Positions 24,469-38,412 are shown, counted from the stretch's first letter. The stretch is 64,000 nt of DNA from Lingula anatina (GCA_051362555.1 CM120648.1:5142587-5206586); one strand, 5' to 3'. The notes: a model not told the origin generated them from the sequence alone. A program made the numbers and translations.

Positions 24469-25507
24469 AGAATTCATCAGTAGGGATCGGACCCATACGT
24501 GTAACCCGCCGAACTTCTTTGTGTGGACGAAATCCCAGAAAACCGCATCTCAGTTCAGGTTGACTGCCACGCAGCCTGCTGCTAAGGATAAAACGTGCTT
24601 TTTATTGAATGTGTGTCGTATGTTTCACTGCTTATCCATTCTTCTCACACGCTTTTTACTTTCGTGGACTGTTGATTGATAACGTGTAAGCTGACTTATA
24701 GGAGCTAAATGCTAAACTTGTCAAATGTATTATATTTTTTTAGTCTTTCTGTCGTTACTAGAGAGTCGGGGGGGGGGGGGGAGGGGGGGTAAGTTCATTG
24801 TTTTGGTTTTTGCAGCTTAAACATGCATACACAGATATGTTCCTACCTATTGCCCCCTCTCTCATCTTCACCTCTCTCTCTCTCTCTCTCTCTCTGTGCG
24901 AATGTGTGCGCGCACGCACGTGCAAGTGCTTGCCTGTCCGCGAGGGGAGTGGGAGTAGACATGGAGTTATCTCAAACCAGCTGTGAACAAAATCAGTCAA
25001 CTTTCAGAGATATTCTTGACAACGGAAAACGCAGCGTTTTGTCATTACAACTGCTAGGTTCAGAAAAAAAACTTGGTACGTCTATCAAGAAGGATCCAAT
25101 ACCATTTTTACTTTGTTTGGTACCTTAAAAGTAAAATCAGCTGTTAATGTGCATGACTCGACTTTTGTTCTTTTAATCTTCAATAAAAACTTCTTCTTAC
25201 CGACAAATGCTACATGACCACAACTGTATAAAAATGCAGATTTCGCAATAAATATATTTTTTGACTATGTATAGACGTTTGATTTAAATTTTCTCATATT
25301 TTCAGCCCACCTTATTCCAGGATGACGACACCTCTGTCCGGTTACCCCAGTCAACACCATCCGTCACAGTATTCGAACACTATGTACGGGGGGCAGTATG
25401 CGGAATACCCCTCTGGTCCAGCCCCACCCCTTACGTTCCCCGGAAGACAGCAGGCCCCCGACCACACTCTATCATATTCCTACTGGACGGACAGGACTCA
25501 GTTATAG
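17750..25507 (+). CDS. FOXL2: Forkhead box protein L2, 2 coding exons (17750-18678, 25306-25507), 376 aa
   Basis: Forkhead domain [17 protein letters not shown]...[58 protein letters not shown] has the FoxL2-type motifs [12 protein letters not shown] and [12 protein letters not shown]. The phase-2 donor GG|GTAAG joins TTTTCAG|C in frame to a tail ending [11 protein letters not shown], with the SYW motif of FoxL2 C-termini. Confidence 0.95.
18709..18842. mobile_element. Mutator-like MITE (family copy 1), 30 bp into the FoxL2 intron
   Basis: TIR (TA)CCCTCTACCAGGTCCACAGATT / AATCTGTGGCCCTGGTAGAGGG(CA); 9-bp TSD cagttaaaa/cacttaaat (7/9 match). Confidence 0.75.
19339..19575. mobile_element. Tc1/mariner-like MITE
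   Basis: Perfect 24-bp TIR CACACACTGGACAATAGAAGTGTC / GACACTTCTATTGTCCAGTGTGTG flanked by TA on both sides. Confidence 0.8.
21086..22825 (+). repeat. Two diverged direct copies of a ~550-bp segment in the FoxL2 intron (about 21086-21785 and 22278-22825)
   Basis: Collinear shared blocks: tcaagg.tgc.agcatttggtttaaaatac; tggcaacttcacttgtat; gatatttctctgactattttgtgcatatt; cgtaacttcgtcaa; tatctttggattatgc; ttcga.cccacc.caggt. Confidence 0.85.
21149..21301. mobile_element. Fold-back (hairpin) MITE inserted in the first copy of the intronic duplication
   Basis: About 60-bp inverted arms aatagagtaattttt...ttgaaattgtttacctccaata / tattgaaggtaaacaatttcaa...aaaaattactctatt; absent from the second copy. 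Confidence 0.7.
23137..23233 (+). pseudogene. Decayed duplicate of the FoxL2 promoter/non-coding first exon inside the FoxL2 intron
   Basis: tagtgggtagaattcagttggtttgaaacacttgcccgtagattttgtacagacaccttacgatttacgaaagtt matches 17520-17594 (aagtgggaagatttcggtaggttggaaacacttgaacgtagattttgtatcaacaccttacgatttacgtaagtt). The donor GT has become GA. Confidence 0.7.
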
Positions 25508-28455
25508 TGAGTGGTGAGGATTTTAAAAATTAGGAAATATTTTTTGCGTATGTGGGTCAACATGTATACTTGTCACTTGTAATATGTCTGAAGATAAAGT
25601 TGCTCGAACTTTGAGTTTTTTCTCTGCTATTGAAAATCAAATTTTGCTTTTTTTTTCTTTTGTTAAGCGCATGATAACCTTAGGAATGATTACGTTTTAA
25701 CATTGCATGGCTAAAAGAAAAAAAAAATGAATATTTAAAAACCAAGAATGGTGTTTCAAAAAAAAAAAAAAAAAAAAAAATTGTGGGTTTAACCAGCTTT
25801 TGAAAAATACACAGCTTCCTCATTAAGTATCCAAAGCATCTTTTTATTGCTGTCGAGATATAAAATATATGCGCCTATTTTTCACAAATTCTTAAGCGAT
25901 ACAAATGCTTGGTCTACAGAAAATACGAAGTACGAATTTTTTCCCTCCTCCTTCTTAAAATTTCTATCGGTTTATCGTTTCAGATACAATGGATCTGATC
26001 TAGGAGATAGGGGAAATCAAATTTACGAGCTTCAACACGTTACCATTGGCCACAAGCACAAATATTTTCTGCGGAGTTGACATCGAAGCAGACGACTGCT
26101 GATCCCCCACGTGGTGTCTCGCTGGGTGTGACTTTTTGTATCTCCGTTGTTTATTAACATTTTCTAATTGTTGTTTAAGATATCCTAGCAATGCCAAAAG
26201 CATCATAGCAACAGAACGCACAATCTATATCTTTAAACAAATGTGGAACTATAGAACTCTAAAAAGATACCAACGCCGTCGCGTGCGCTCTCCATTCACA
26301 AGCTGCACGCCCAAGGAAAACCTTGTCGAATGGGACGGGTATCTACGGCAGTTACGGAAAATGAGATGTCACACGTGTGCCGTACTCTAACAACATAAAA
26401 TACGACCAAAGTGGTTTGAAAACAATACGCCGTTGAAATGCGCCACATGTTAAGATTTCTTAAAATAAAACGAAGACAGCATTGTTTAGAACGGTTATCC
26501 AAACTAGCTTACTGCTTAGCATATGCAAAGAAAGTTTTAAAAATTGATTATATTTCGGCTATGTTTTAAAAATGGAATGTGTGAAACGTTACTTTTGAGA
26601 TCAAGATAAAATAATTTGATTTATTTTTGAACTTTTTTGTATGTATTTGCACACATGGGATGTTCAGTCTATTTAGATTATTTTACTAATGCCGTAAAGG
26701 AAATGTATGAAATTCAATACATTCAGAACATATGCATACTAAATTTAAAAAAAGATAGATAAATCTATCTCCCTTTCGTTCCGCTATTTTGCAAACATCC
26801 AAGTGCTGGTTGAGTTTGGATATCGCAGCTGTGTACCACCGAGTTTTTTTCGAAAAAAATCCTAAAACAGTAGCAATTGACCAGTTTTTGTAAACAACTT
26901 TCCACATCTGGCTGACAAAAGCGCACGCGCTCTTCCCTCAAATATGATATATACACCTGAGGGGCCAATCTAGTATGGCTTGGGCCCTGTGAGGGAACAA
27001 CGAGAAACACAGATTCGAAACTCGAGTTCTGAGGCAATGCCACTAAAAAGTAATGGCCCTATAACATGCATACTCACTGAATAGCGATCGTCTGCTTTGT
27101 TGCGCGCGATCGGCCATCTTTGATGTGAGGAAGGGTGTAACTCGGCACAAACGAGAGATATAGTGCAGACGAAAGGATCAACCCTTCCTAGCGTAAACGA
27201 ACATAACTTTAGTTTCTACTCAAAGAAAGAAACGATTCTTGTCAAAAAGCCCTCCGACGATAAACGGGAGGAAGAGGCGAGGGACTTTTCAACGTGTTTC
27301 GGGGGGCTGCTTTCATGTTTTTAATTTGCTTGAGACAGTTTACACAGGTGGCAAATTTAGTTTTTTTCATCGCGTTTTGGACATAACAAGACTCTTTCCT
27401 GTGTGTGTATGTATTAATATGTGTGTGTGTGCTCGCGAGCGTCTGTATGCGTGCTATGTTATTTAATATTTTTCATGCAAAAATTCTTAATAACAGCTTT
27501 TCAAATTGATTAAAAGATTTAACAAAGTTTAAAATCTTCCAGAACAAGTCTGAGTTCCTCCCTCTATCTTTTTTGCTCTTTTCTACCCAAAATCTTTAAC
27601 AAATCTCAATTATCTTCTTCTTTTAACTAAGACCGTTGTGGATTTGTGGATTTTAAAAATGGCTTCTTTCATTTTATGATTCTTTTTTTTTTATTTCACA
27701 GCATGAGAGTATCCTCTTATATTGTAGAATTTTGACAATTTGGGTTTATTTTCCTTTCACTCTGTTGCACAACAGAAATATAATTAACCTGTATCAATGT
27801 TACAACGTCTTAACAATGAACAAAGTACATGTGGTTATTCAGATGGTTATGAAATACTGATCAATTAATACTGATCGGTTCTTGTTGGATCAGCTCTTGC
27901 AGCTATCATATAATTACAAACTTTAAATAAGAAACACTAAGTAAATGTCACATGTTCATTACGACCAATTATGTGTATGGATAAAAAAACATTAACCTAT
28001 TGAGAATTTTAAAAACAATGTCATTTCTCTTTGTTATGAACAAAACATAAATGGATGAAAAGACACACATAGCAAATGTTTGAAAAATGTTGTTTACGTT
28101 ATGGGGATTAGCAAAGTGACAATCATTTTTTTTTTTTGGTGGGGATTCGACTTTTTACAGTAATAAAATCTTGCTTTCAACACACAGTTTAAGTATAGTG
28201 TAACGTGAGAAACTTCCTTAATTTAATTGTAGCTTTAAGTGCGTTGAGACATTTACCATTTTGTTTTTTTTTAGAGTAAGTGCGTGGGAGATATGCACCA
28301 ATTTGGTACCAGAAGTATTGGTGAATGTGATGTATATTGTTACTGTATGGAGTTCATCTTGTACTAATTGTTTAAGAATAGGTTTATTTAATATGTACTC
28401 GTGAAAAAATAAATAGATTATACATACATATTTGCTAGTTATTTTTATTTGGCTT

Positions 28456-28487
<32 letters not shown>

Positions 28488-29317
28488 TTACATACAAGAT
28501 GAAGATGGCAAATTCAGATGACTCGGGAACGTGGCGTTGATTATTCAACACTGAAAGCGTCTCTTGACCTTACAAATATTGGAACATCTTTGTTTTTGGA
28601 ATCTTTAGCGCCTTGGTACAGTACCTGGAGAAATAAAAACCGAGAATCCTTTATAGTCCTCAATATCAAACACAATTAATTCCGTCTATTGTCGGATAGG
28701 GGTAAAATTCGACCAGGAGAAATACACCCTGCGATTCAGATAGATTTAATAATAAAAACAATTCTCTCTTCGTCTTAAATGGTGTCATCGGTTCCAGTGA
28801 ACGCGTTAGTAAATATCTTCAGGATGATTTGTAGCGTGTTTTCCACAGACATATGTTTGACATAAAGTTGAATGTGCTGTCGCAATTGCCAGAAAATACA
28901 CCTGACTAGGGACTTAATATACAATGACGAAGTGGCCGATATGGTAGAGACCAAATTATGCCACCTCTTCCTAGAGTCAATTAAGCTATAGTTTTAAAAT
29001 CTAATAATTGTCATTATATGTTTTCTATTACATAGAAGGAAATACGAGTATAAAAATTGAACACTTCATATTAGCCATTAAAATCTAAATGAATGCATCA
29101 AATGGTTTTTATTAAAAAAACTTTCGAATTTCGATTTTTTTGTCCTTAAAAGAAAGTGAGCTAGAGTACTTGTATGATCAAATAACGGCCCCAGTGTGTA
29201 TGTTTATTCTTTGAAATTTTCTGTAAATAAACGACGCGTTGCTCACGGCAGACGCCCATCTACACGATACTGACACACGCGGCTCGTGCAAGCCACTGCT
29301 GCCTTACAGTATGGGGG

Positions 29318-29365
<48 letters not shown>

Positions 29366-31149
29366 GAGAGAGGCAAAGAGGGAGATAGATAGAAAGATGT
29401 CTTCTTATTGTCCTGGATGTCTCTTTGAGAAGAAGAGTTATCAAAGCGTTTTTTATGCACAGTCTGATACTAGTAGAACCAACTCTGATCTCCATCTACC
29501 TCAAGCCATTATCTTATACCTCACGCACGATAAATGGCTTTATGCTTTAAGCGCCATCATCTTTAACAGATTTTAGCTTTAAATATTTTAATGGGCATTG
29601 TCTTTTTAATTTGAAATTTCCTACTTCGTGTCTTCGGGAAGAATAAGATTTTTCATTAGCGTATATAATAAACGAGAACAGTCTCTCTAAACTTCTCACA
29701 GGATCTATCTCTAAAATATCAAGGCCCATTTCTCCCCCCACATCGAACGTCGATAGGCTGTGCAAGCTTTGATAGTTTTGGAAGTTTTAGCAAGCTCATA
29801 TGATTGTTGTGAGTTTGCAACGCAAGCAAACAACGATGTTTCTATAACATTTGTCAAAGCATCGAGTTGTGAAAATGATACATGTATTTTTGTGATTGGC
29901 AGTGATTTAAGATGCCGTAAAACCACTGTAACTGCATGAAAGGGGCTAGGTTAGTGCTCAAGTGGCGCGTTCCCACTAGGCAAAAAAAAAAAAAAAAGGT
30001 TTTTGAGTGAAAACATTAACGCCAAAAAATTCGAACGAGGACATCAAACGGTAGCAGGTCCTTCCGTAGATCCTCCTCAAGGAACAGATGTCCTTTCAGA
30101 GAGATGGCTTATTGCGGGACTGACCATCACGTGACGTCAATTTATGAACATGTGACTGTCTGCTTACAACAACAATCTGAATGCGACAGAGATATTACGG
30201 CCAGCGATTTTCTTTGTACGTTTAAACGCGCCTTATATCAAATAACTGCCAAGATTTTGAATACCAAAAACTTGCTCATTCGATAATGCCAATCAGTGTG
30301 CCCAAATTCCACGCTAATGTAAGTAAAATTACTGGCAAGGTGAGATTGAATTTTGGGGCCAATAATAACTCCTTTTTACATGTTTGGTCAAGGGGGTGGG
30401 CCGAAAAATATCCAGTCCATATACACCCTATAATATCTTAGCATCGCCATCGCACACGTACTTTATGACTCACTTGGATCATTTCTATAATTTTTATGAA
30501 AAGTTATTTTGATGATATTCGTTCCTTTCAATCATCTGGTTAATAATTTGTCGTGCATTTATTTGTATGTTTGTGTTTCATTTTGTCCAATAGTAAGGTG
30601 AGCGTTAATTAGAGCGTGATTACTGGTCTGTTTGTCTACATAGGCCAACTTACCCCGGGGTCCAACTAGCCCCGGTCTTCCCTATTTAGGTGCGTGAGAA
30701 ACCTAGTTTGTATTATTGGATAAAATAGACTTGTGTCCACGAAAGGAAGTTCTGAAACACTTAAAATGTTATATATATATATAATGCTAAAGTACATTTT
30801 CGACGTGTATTGAAACTGAAATGCAAAATCAGTTATTTCAACGAATTGCTAAAGGTGTTCTTCTAGCGTAAAAAATATTTCTTTCTTGGATAACAATTTG
30901 TGGAGGACATAATCTTCTCAGTGCGACAGAGAAGCTGCCTGAGCATTGTGTTAGAAAACACCATCCCCGCGTTGTCATCTTATGAGGGACTATTTCTAGT
31001 GAAAAGAAATGAAATATTATTGACGATGCAGACTTTATTTTAATGAGCAGCAATAAGTTCTTGTTAAATCGAACACTAATCCAAACAATACCGTTTTTTA
31101 TGCAAAAGAAATTTGCCCGGATCTACGAAAACATGCATGCGTACTCGTG

Positions 31150-31238
31150 ATTTACCAAATCCAGGGTTTGATCTCTTGACTTTCCGCAACTATGGCTTTT
31201 TTCTAACTATGGGCACGCTACCGACTGCGCCGTGACTC
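31150..31238 (-). mobile_element. Degenerate tRNA-derived SINE head (A box and B box)
   Basis: Minus strand GGCGCAGTCGGTAGCGTG (A-box-like) ... GAGATCAAACCC (decayed B box). No intact cloverleaf. Confidence 0.35.
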
Positions 31239-32617
31239 AACCATCCACGCTCTGTTCGTACGTGCTTTTTATAGTAAACAAAAGCGGTTTTTATAAATTA
31301 TTACTAGCAAAAGTTTACAGTCTAGGACTCGACCCAGCGTATCAGTGTCTGCCTAGGTCCAACACAGCGGAGTTACCACTGAGCCGTAGAAGCTGAGTTG
31401 ATAGAACAAATGGAAACTTTCTACTTTGCCACCAAGAGGACCAGTTTGCATATACATGAAGTTATCTTCAGCAAATGTATGTCTCTGCCCTATAAATTGT
31501 ATGTTACTTAAAATGTTGAGGCAAAAATAAAATAAAAAACCGGTGTTAAACATTTCACTCAAAAAAAGCCTTTCCCAAAGACCCTGCAATTTTTGAGACT
31601 ATTTAACCAATTCTGGTTATGGCGTCATCGCCCTTTGAAAAATGCATTCCGTATGCAATATGTTCAAATTCCTTTAAAAGAACTATTACATTTTATCATG
31701 TTAAATCAAAATAATCACAAAAATGACTTGTCAGTTGTCAAGGTGATTATATTCTTTAATAATTGCACATTTTACAGCACATGAAAACCTGAAGACTGCC
31801 AAGCCCAATTTTTTTCAGCATTTCTGTCGTTTCACCTTCACATTTTCAAGGCGATTATATTCTTTAATTTTACAGCTTATGTATATAACGTTGTCGCTGT
31901 CCTGCCTCTGTCTCTGTAGACGGTCTACGGAGTGCTTGACAGATTATTCGTCTCTTGGAATATTTCATTCCATTGGATTGCATTCTAATATAGAATGCTA
32001 TAATGATTAAGGCTTACCACGTGGGGTAACATACTATAAATCCAGTGTCATTTCCAAGTCAGAGAGGCCGAGGGTATAAATACTCCTATCATTCATGAGT
32101 CTTAGTGTCTGAAATAATCACTTCATGGTACAAAAAGTTTTGTATTGAACACATAGTTAAAAATCACATTTGTTTTGCTTTAAGTGTTGGAATCCTGGGT
32201 TAGAGAATACTGCCATATTGTACATTGTGCATTTTCAGCAATAACTTAGGCATTATGCGTCCAACAAGGAGATTCCCCCATATTTCCCCTAATGATCTTA
32301 TTGTGAAATCAATTAAAGCCGCTGTCAGAACAAAATATCAAGGCAAAAATAAAATATAAAAATATCAAAGCAAAAAGTCAGAATCTCACAATACGAATGC
32401 TATCTGTCATATGGATCTAACAATTCCCATCAAACTCATGTCGGTCTAGCAGCTGGCTATCGAGTGCATGTCATATTACCTAATATGTATATTTACTCTC
32501 TACCAATTATCCACAAAATATGCACATAATTAATCAAAGACGTATCTGTAAATACCGAGTGAAAACTCAATCTGTGACCCAGGAAGAGGGTTTACTTATT
32601 TCATGTGCCTTTACTTT

Positions 32618-35600
32618 TCAGTAAAGCGTCATGGAGTCGGTAAATTCATGTTCCTCCCTTTTCGAGGCATACCGCAGTAACGGCCTCTCCTCGTCATCAA
32701 CATAACTTTCGTCAATAGTTCTCCTGCTAACACCTAAATTTGGAGCCCCGTATGCGCGACCACCGCCCACGCTGTGTTGGTACCTCGCGCTTAACCTGGC
32801 GCTATCATCCTCCAGCTCCCTGGCGTCGCGATAGTTCGACCAAGACTGCTGCTTACCGCTGGCAAAGATGGCGTAGAAGACTACGCCTGCCATCTCCAGT
32901 CCTGCTGTGACCCAGAACACACAGGCCCAGCCAAATGCATCCTGGAAGAATATCAGAATTGACAAGTCACAGTTTATTATTTTATTATATTTTAAAACAA
33001 ACAAACAAATAGATAAGATGATAAAAATGATGATGACTTTATCTTCGGTCCAACATTCAGGGTAGAGGGTATCATTTTATAGAAATCTATATATAACAAA
33101 GGACACCATGGCCTTTCTTGTTTCAGCTTGGAAGTGACGTCACATTCTTTGTTTTACACTCACCCCTTTGCTTGTCAAGGCTCCGACAACTTTAGGCATA
33201 ATCATGCCCCCTATGCCGCCCAGTTTTGATATGCCCATTAAAATACTGGCATAATCACGTGCCAAGTCAAGAGGATTCGCCTGGTAACCTGAAGTGTTTA
33301 ATGTCAATATCAAACCCACGCTATGCATTCATTTTGAAAATATTTTTAAAAACGAGTTTTCCATTCAAATTTTGTTTTTTCCACCGTCTCACCAAAATTG
33401 ATTACTATCGTTATTATTTTTTGGTGTAATATCTTATATCAATCGTCTTGTAAAATATTTTATATTTCTATATTTAAATCTAGGAATAGCAGTGAGTTGT
33501 TTGTTGATAATTCATCATAGAATTGTTATATTGTTATATAAAATATATCGCCTCTGACATGATAATCAAACTAAGCACGCAATGCATGTATATCTCATTT
33601 CATATTCTAACAAACTATGTCTTAACAAATATATCAGAAGCTCGACTCTTCTGAATTTTAATTTGAAAACTGTTCATAGCTATTCGTGTATCTTACCTGA
33701 AGCAGCGAATCCGCTGGCTCCACATGATATCCCAATTAGTGTGACGGCGGCAACTTTACTGGGAAAATACCACGTCATAAACCCGACCAGACACAGTATA
33801 CTGGCCTCCACTCCAAACCCTAGAAGTGAAATAATAATAATAATAATAATTATAATAATTATAATAACAACAAAAGTTATGAAAAATATCAATCCATAGC
33901 TCATCATTGTATATAATCTCATATTTCTTTAAATACTTTGGGGCCAACCATTTTTATCATCATTGTCACAACTCGACAAAGAGTAGACTATTTCCGCAGC
34001 CAATCCCCGCCTTCAGGGAACACAAGGCAAAAGCTAAAAATGATGACATAGCTATGACAGCAATTAGGTACATAATTTTTATCCCTCGCCCCCCCCCCCT
34101 CCCCCCCCCCCCCCAATCAGCGTGCGGTTTGTAGACTTAAGATACTGATGATTCAAATCGATGACCCCTCACCGACGCAGTTGAACAGCTTTCTGGCAAC
34201 GGTCCTAGAGACCACTCTTCTTTTCAGACAGGTGTCAGCAATCATGGCCCCAAGACACACGGTTGCCGTGGTAACAAAGAACGGCAAGGAGGACAGATAC
34301 CCTACCTGAAAAAATAGTCCACAAAATGCACATCAAGAACTCGCAAATAATTTAAGCATGTCATCCTTATCCTTGATTTGTGAAATCCGTCACTGGTCGT
34401 TATTAACGGTAGGTTTCCAGAGATCCCGAGAAACCAATTTCACTCTTGATGTAATTACAGTGGGTGGGAGTACACGTGGATTCGATGTGTCACCTATGGT
34501 GAGATAACCACATTAAGGCTGAGATGACACGTGCTGAGTTAGGTCGGTCTATGTTGATTGGAAACATACCCTTTTCTGACATAAGTTAAATTCAAATTTA
34601 TTTTGTACAAAATGCTTTGAATTATTTTCTCGACGGACTTGAACAAAAAAAAAAAAAAAAAAAAAAAAAAAATTACGTACCTCAATTATATTAGGATTAT
34701 ACACATTCTCTAAATATTGAGAGAAATAATTGGTGACCAGAAGAAGCACCCAGCTTCTCGTAGTGCCCGCTACAAACACCGCCCACACAGGAAATGACGT
34801 CAGAATCGCCTTGAACGGTATAGCCTTGACCTGTAAATTGATAAACGAAGCAACATTTTAATGCATGCGCAAATTGGAGGTTTCTATATAAAGTTGAAAA
34901 CATACCCAAATTTACCAAATATTTCATTATTAATTTCAATAAAGAACGAAACATGTTGACATTAAATCTAACAGTTAAATATTGAGGCCAGTGTTTATTC
35001 CACTGGAATAAACAAGGACGTAACATCCGGCGCTTACCGCCTCTTGTGGAGCTGCCGATTGTACAGACGTAAATAAATCAGCGTGTTTTTTCCTCCTTTC
35101 TTCCTCAAAGAGCTCTCTCTCTTTCTGTCCCAGTCTATGCAGGGCTTTATACGGAGACTTGAAAACAATCAGCACCCACAGTATGCCCCAAATTCCGCCA
35201 GCTATGCCTACAATAAGCATTTGACAAACGGGTTACCAACCAGGATATAAACTTAAGGAGGGAATGTAGGTTTGAGATTTTCTCTTAAAATAAAGGTCTT
35301 GGCTTTTTTATTCCTGTCACATTCATTTAACGTATCTTCAAAATATCTAATTATGCTTGGAACACAGCTTTAACTTCATCGTGTGACGTAATATTGGGAT
35401 TTTGGGGACAAAAACACCATTTTTATACACCTGATTTTCTCAGGCACCTGGACAGCTATAAACTTGCTTTTGATGTCATTATGACACTTGAACAAAGTAC
35501 TACAGCATGGAGTCAGGGATTTTTCTTCAGACACTTATTGTTGATTTTATCTATAAAAACGTGAAATTACATCAAAATATTAGGGAATTTTCACTTTCAA

Positions 35601-38332
35601 AGTCTATAAATTAGAAAAGAGAGGATCAATCAAAATTTCTTAAAAAGCACTTTTAGAGCATACTGTTCATAATTAGCATGGTGAATTTGGTCTCCCTCAG
35701 GTGTACAGGTAGATAGTTAAAGCTTGTTAAGATAACGCTATCTCGTCAATATTGAAAGCAAAGAAAACGAGCAAAAACCCTTTCAGTGAAGTTAATTGTC
35801 CACATAAGCAAATAAAATTGTTGACAGCTTTACCTGTTATCGTTCTGACGATCGCGAAGATGGGTACTCTTTTGCCGGTTGAAATTAGCTTGTTTGCATG
35901 TATTTGGATGTCAGAAAATCTTATTTTTGTATCAATCTCACCTCCTGTTAGTAACTTCAAGGGGTTACCGCTAGCACTGCCAGAATGATTGACAGGCAAT
36001 CAAGTAAGCCCTAATGACCCAAGCAATCAGTGGCCACGTCAATTGCCGTCGGGGCAAGTGTTAGGGATGCGCTCTAGGATGTGCACACAATAGCAGCATC
36101 GCATGCGGTCTTGTCCACATTCGCCAAGCGAAAAATGGTTCGAAAACACGGTCGTGTTACAGGACGCCGATCGGACCACCAACAACAAGAAATAGACGCA
36201 ACCAGAAAGGCTTTGTTAGAGGAAATGTCTAAAGTTGGGTGAGTCAGGAAAAATTCTGCGATAATTGTTGAAGAAAAAAAAAAACACTATGTCGGCCTTT
36301 AAAGTGCGTACATGAATCCAGAACTGTACCTAGAATTGATGCTAAGGCTAATTCTCCAGCTCATAATTCGGAAAAATCAAAATGTTTATAATAAGCTCTT
36401 TCGTGATCTCAGCCTGATATAGTTCGCGCGGAGTCTAGCGATATCATTAGATTTATTTGCTTTACTTTCTTTAATGCACATGTATTGAACCTATGCGCCA
36501 CCCAGTGAATAATTATGCTAGGGTGTGGGCTCAAGTCTTGTATTTACGCAAAACAATCTTGTGTGTTATTCCAGTATATTCCATACAGGTGACTTTAATA
36601 AGCAGAGAATTTCTTTATATTCCGTGAAAATACACTAAATTTATATAAAATAATATCATGGTTGGCCAAAAAATGTACGCACAGTGCATCCGTGCGTATG
36701 CCTAGTTACCCCCATGTATATTTTTAAAATCTAACACTAAACTGCATCGACCTGTTGGCGAAAATGGATAGAAAGAATGACGATTGTTGTCACGGGTAGC
36801 AAGCAACGGAATTTTCTTCTTTTCTTTTGTGTATCTCAAAAAGTTAACAAGAAAATCGAAAGAACGCGTGTAACAAGCAATATTCAAGGGAGAACGAGTA
36901 TTTGGAGCAAATCCAATGTGTCGGAAAAGATTCATCTTAGCGCTGATCACAATCAAGAGAGACTATCAAAACAGCTTAAGCGGAACAATAGGCACTGCTT
37001 TGCCGATCGCTGTTTATGACAAAGGGGGCATGGCGCATCCCTGTTCTATTGTTTCCCTAGACGTGCTGATGCTGCTTAGGTCCGCCCACCAAGTTTACCC
37101 ATGCCAACGGCCCTTGACAACGAAGGCGGGGCATATACCAGGCCACCGCTGTCGATGTGTGCAGCATCAGAATAATCAGAAAAAACAAATTTTTTGTTCA
37201 AAATGTAAAAATTTTATTCTGTTAAACGTTAAATACACGTTTAACCAATAATTAGACATAAAAAACCAAAAATGGCTATTTTTAGCTATATTTGGGTACA
37301 TCCGCTCCTTAAATATGCATTTGATGACCAGCCAGGAAATAAACTTTTATATCTGACTATATCTGATTCCACAAGCTTTATCTTGAAAATTATTCTTTAA
37401 CAACCGTTCAAAAGCAATAGCAATACCTGGGATATGCATATATTTACATATATCAGTTGTACAATGATTTCATCAAAATGGTGTCAGTGTACTTCAGTCT
37501 AACATTACCAACTATCTGACGTCATAATCTTTGCTTTGAAAACTGCCAATGAAAATGATAAAAATCGCTATAAGATATCCTGCTAGGGAGAGCTTCGCCC
37601 AAGATTTTTTTTTTTTTTTTTTTTTGCTCCTCATGCCACCAGCCAATAAAAATGTAATATTTTACACCAAAACAATAGCATACATTGAACAGATCAGACT
37701 TTTTTAATTTGTGGCGAACTACGTATATGTATATCACATTCAACCCTTGGCAAAACTTTGGTACATTAGCTTTATACCGTTGTAATATTCCTTTTCATGC
37801 TAAACTTTGTTGGCATAATCTAACAAACGCGACAGCTGAGGCATCTGTGCACAGCAAACACAACGCATATTATCGTCTAGACTACCATTCACCGTCAGGT
37901 AATTTACGAGATGCGAAGGGTCCCCACTGTAGGAGGAAGTGTTACAACCAGCTCGCCTTTAACTACCCCAAGGGTACCAAACCTAACCAGTTCAGGATTT
38001 TTGTTGAGATGGTTTGGAAGTTTACTTACTGTATATGTAGAAGATCCACTCCCAGCCCAGATGGCAGTTAACAAACCCTGTCAACAACATGGCAATGGCA
38101 GGACCACAGTACGCCACTGGAGAGAAATAGACAGAGAGAGAAAGCGATAGAAAGAGATCGCATCACGCAGTTCAGCTATTACCTTTATCCCGCATATTAT
38201 GTTTTTTTTTGCATCAAACAAAATTTAAAAAATGCAGATTTACTTACAACCAAAATTTTAAAGATACATAACTGATGTGAGTGCAAGTGTGCACATGCTC
38301 CGTAAACACAAATTTCTAGTACCACCCTGTTA

Positions 38333-38373
<41 letters not shown>

Positions 38374-38378
38374 AAAAA

Positions 38379-38412
<34 letters not shown>

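Noticed and set aside
31150-31238. Functional tRNA gene
   Set aside because: B box is degenerate and no acceptor or anticodon stems form; kept only as a possible SINE relic.
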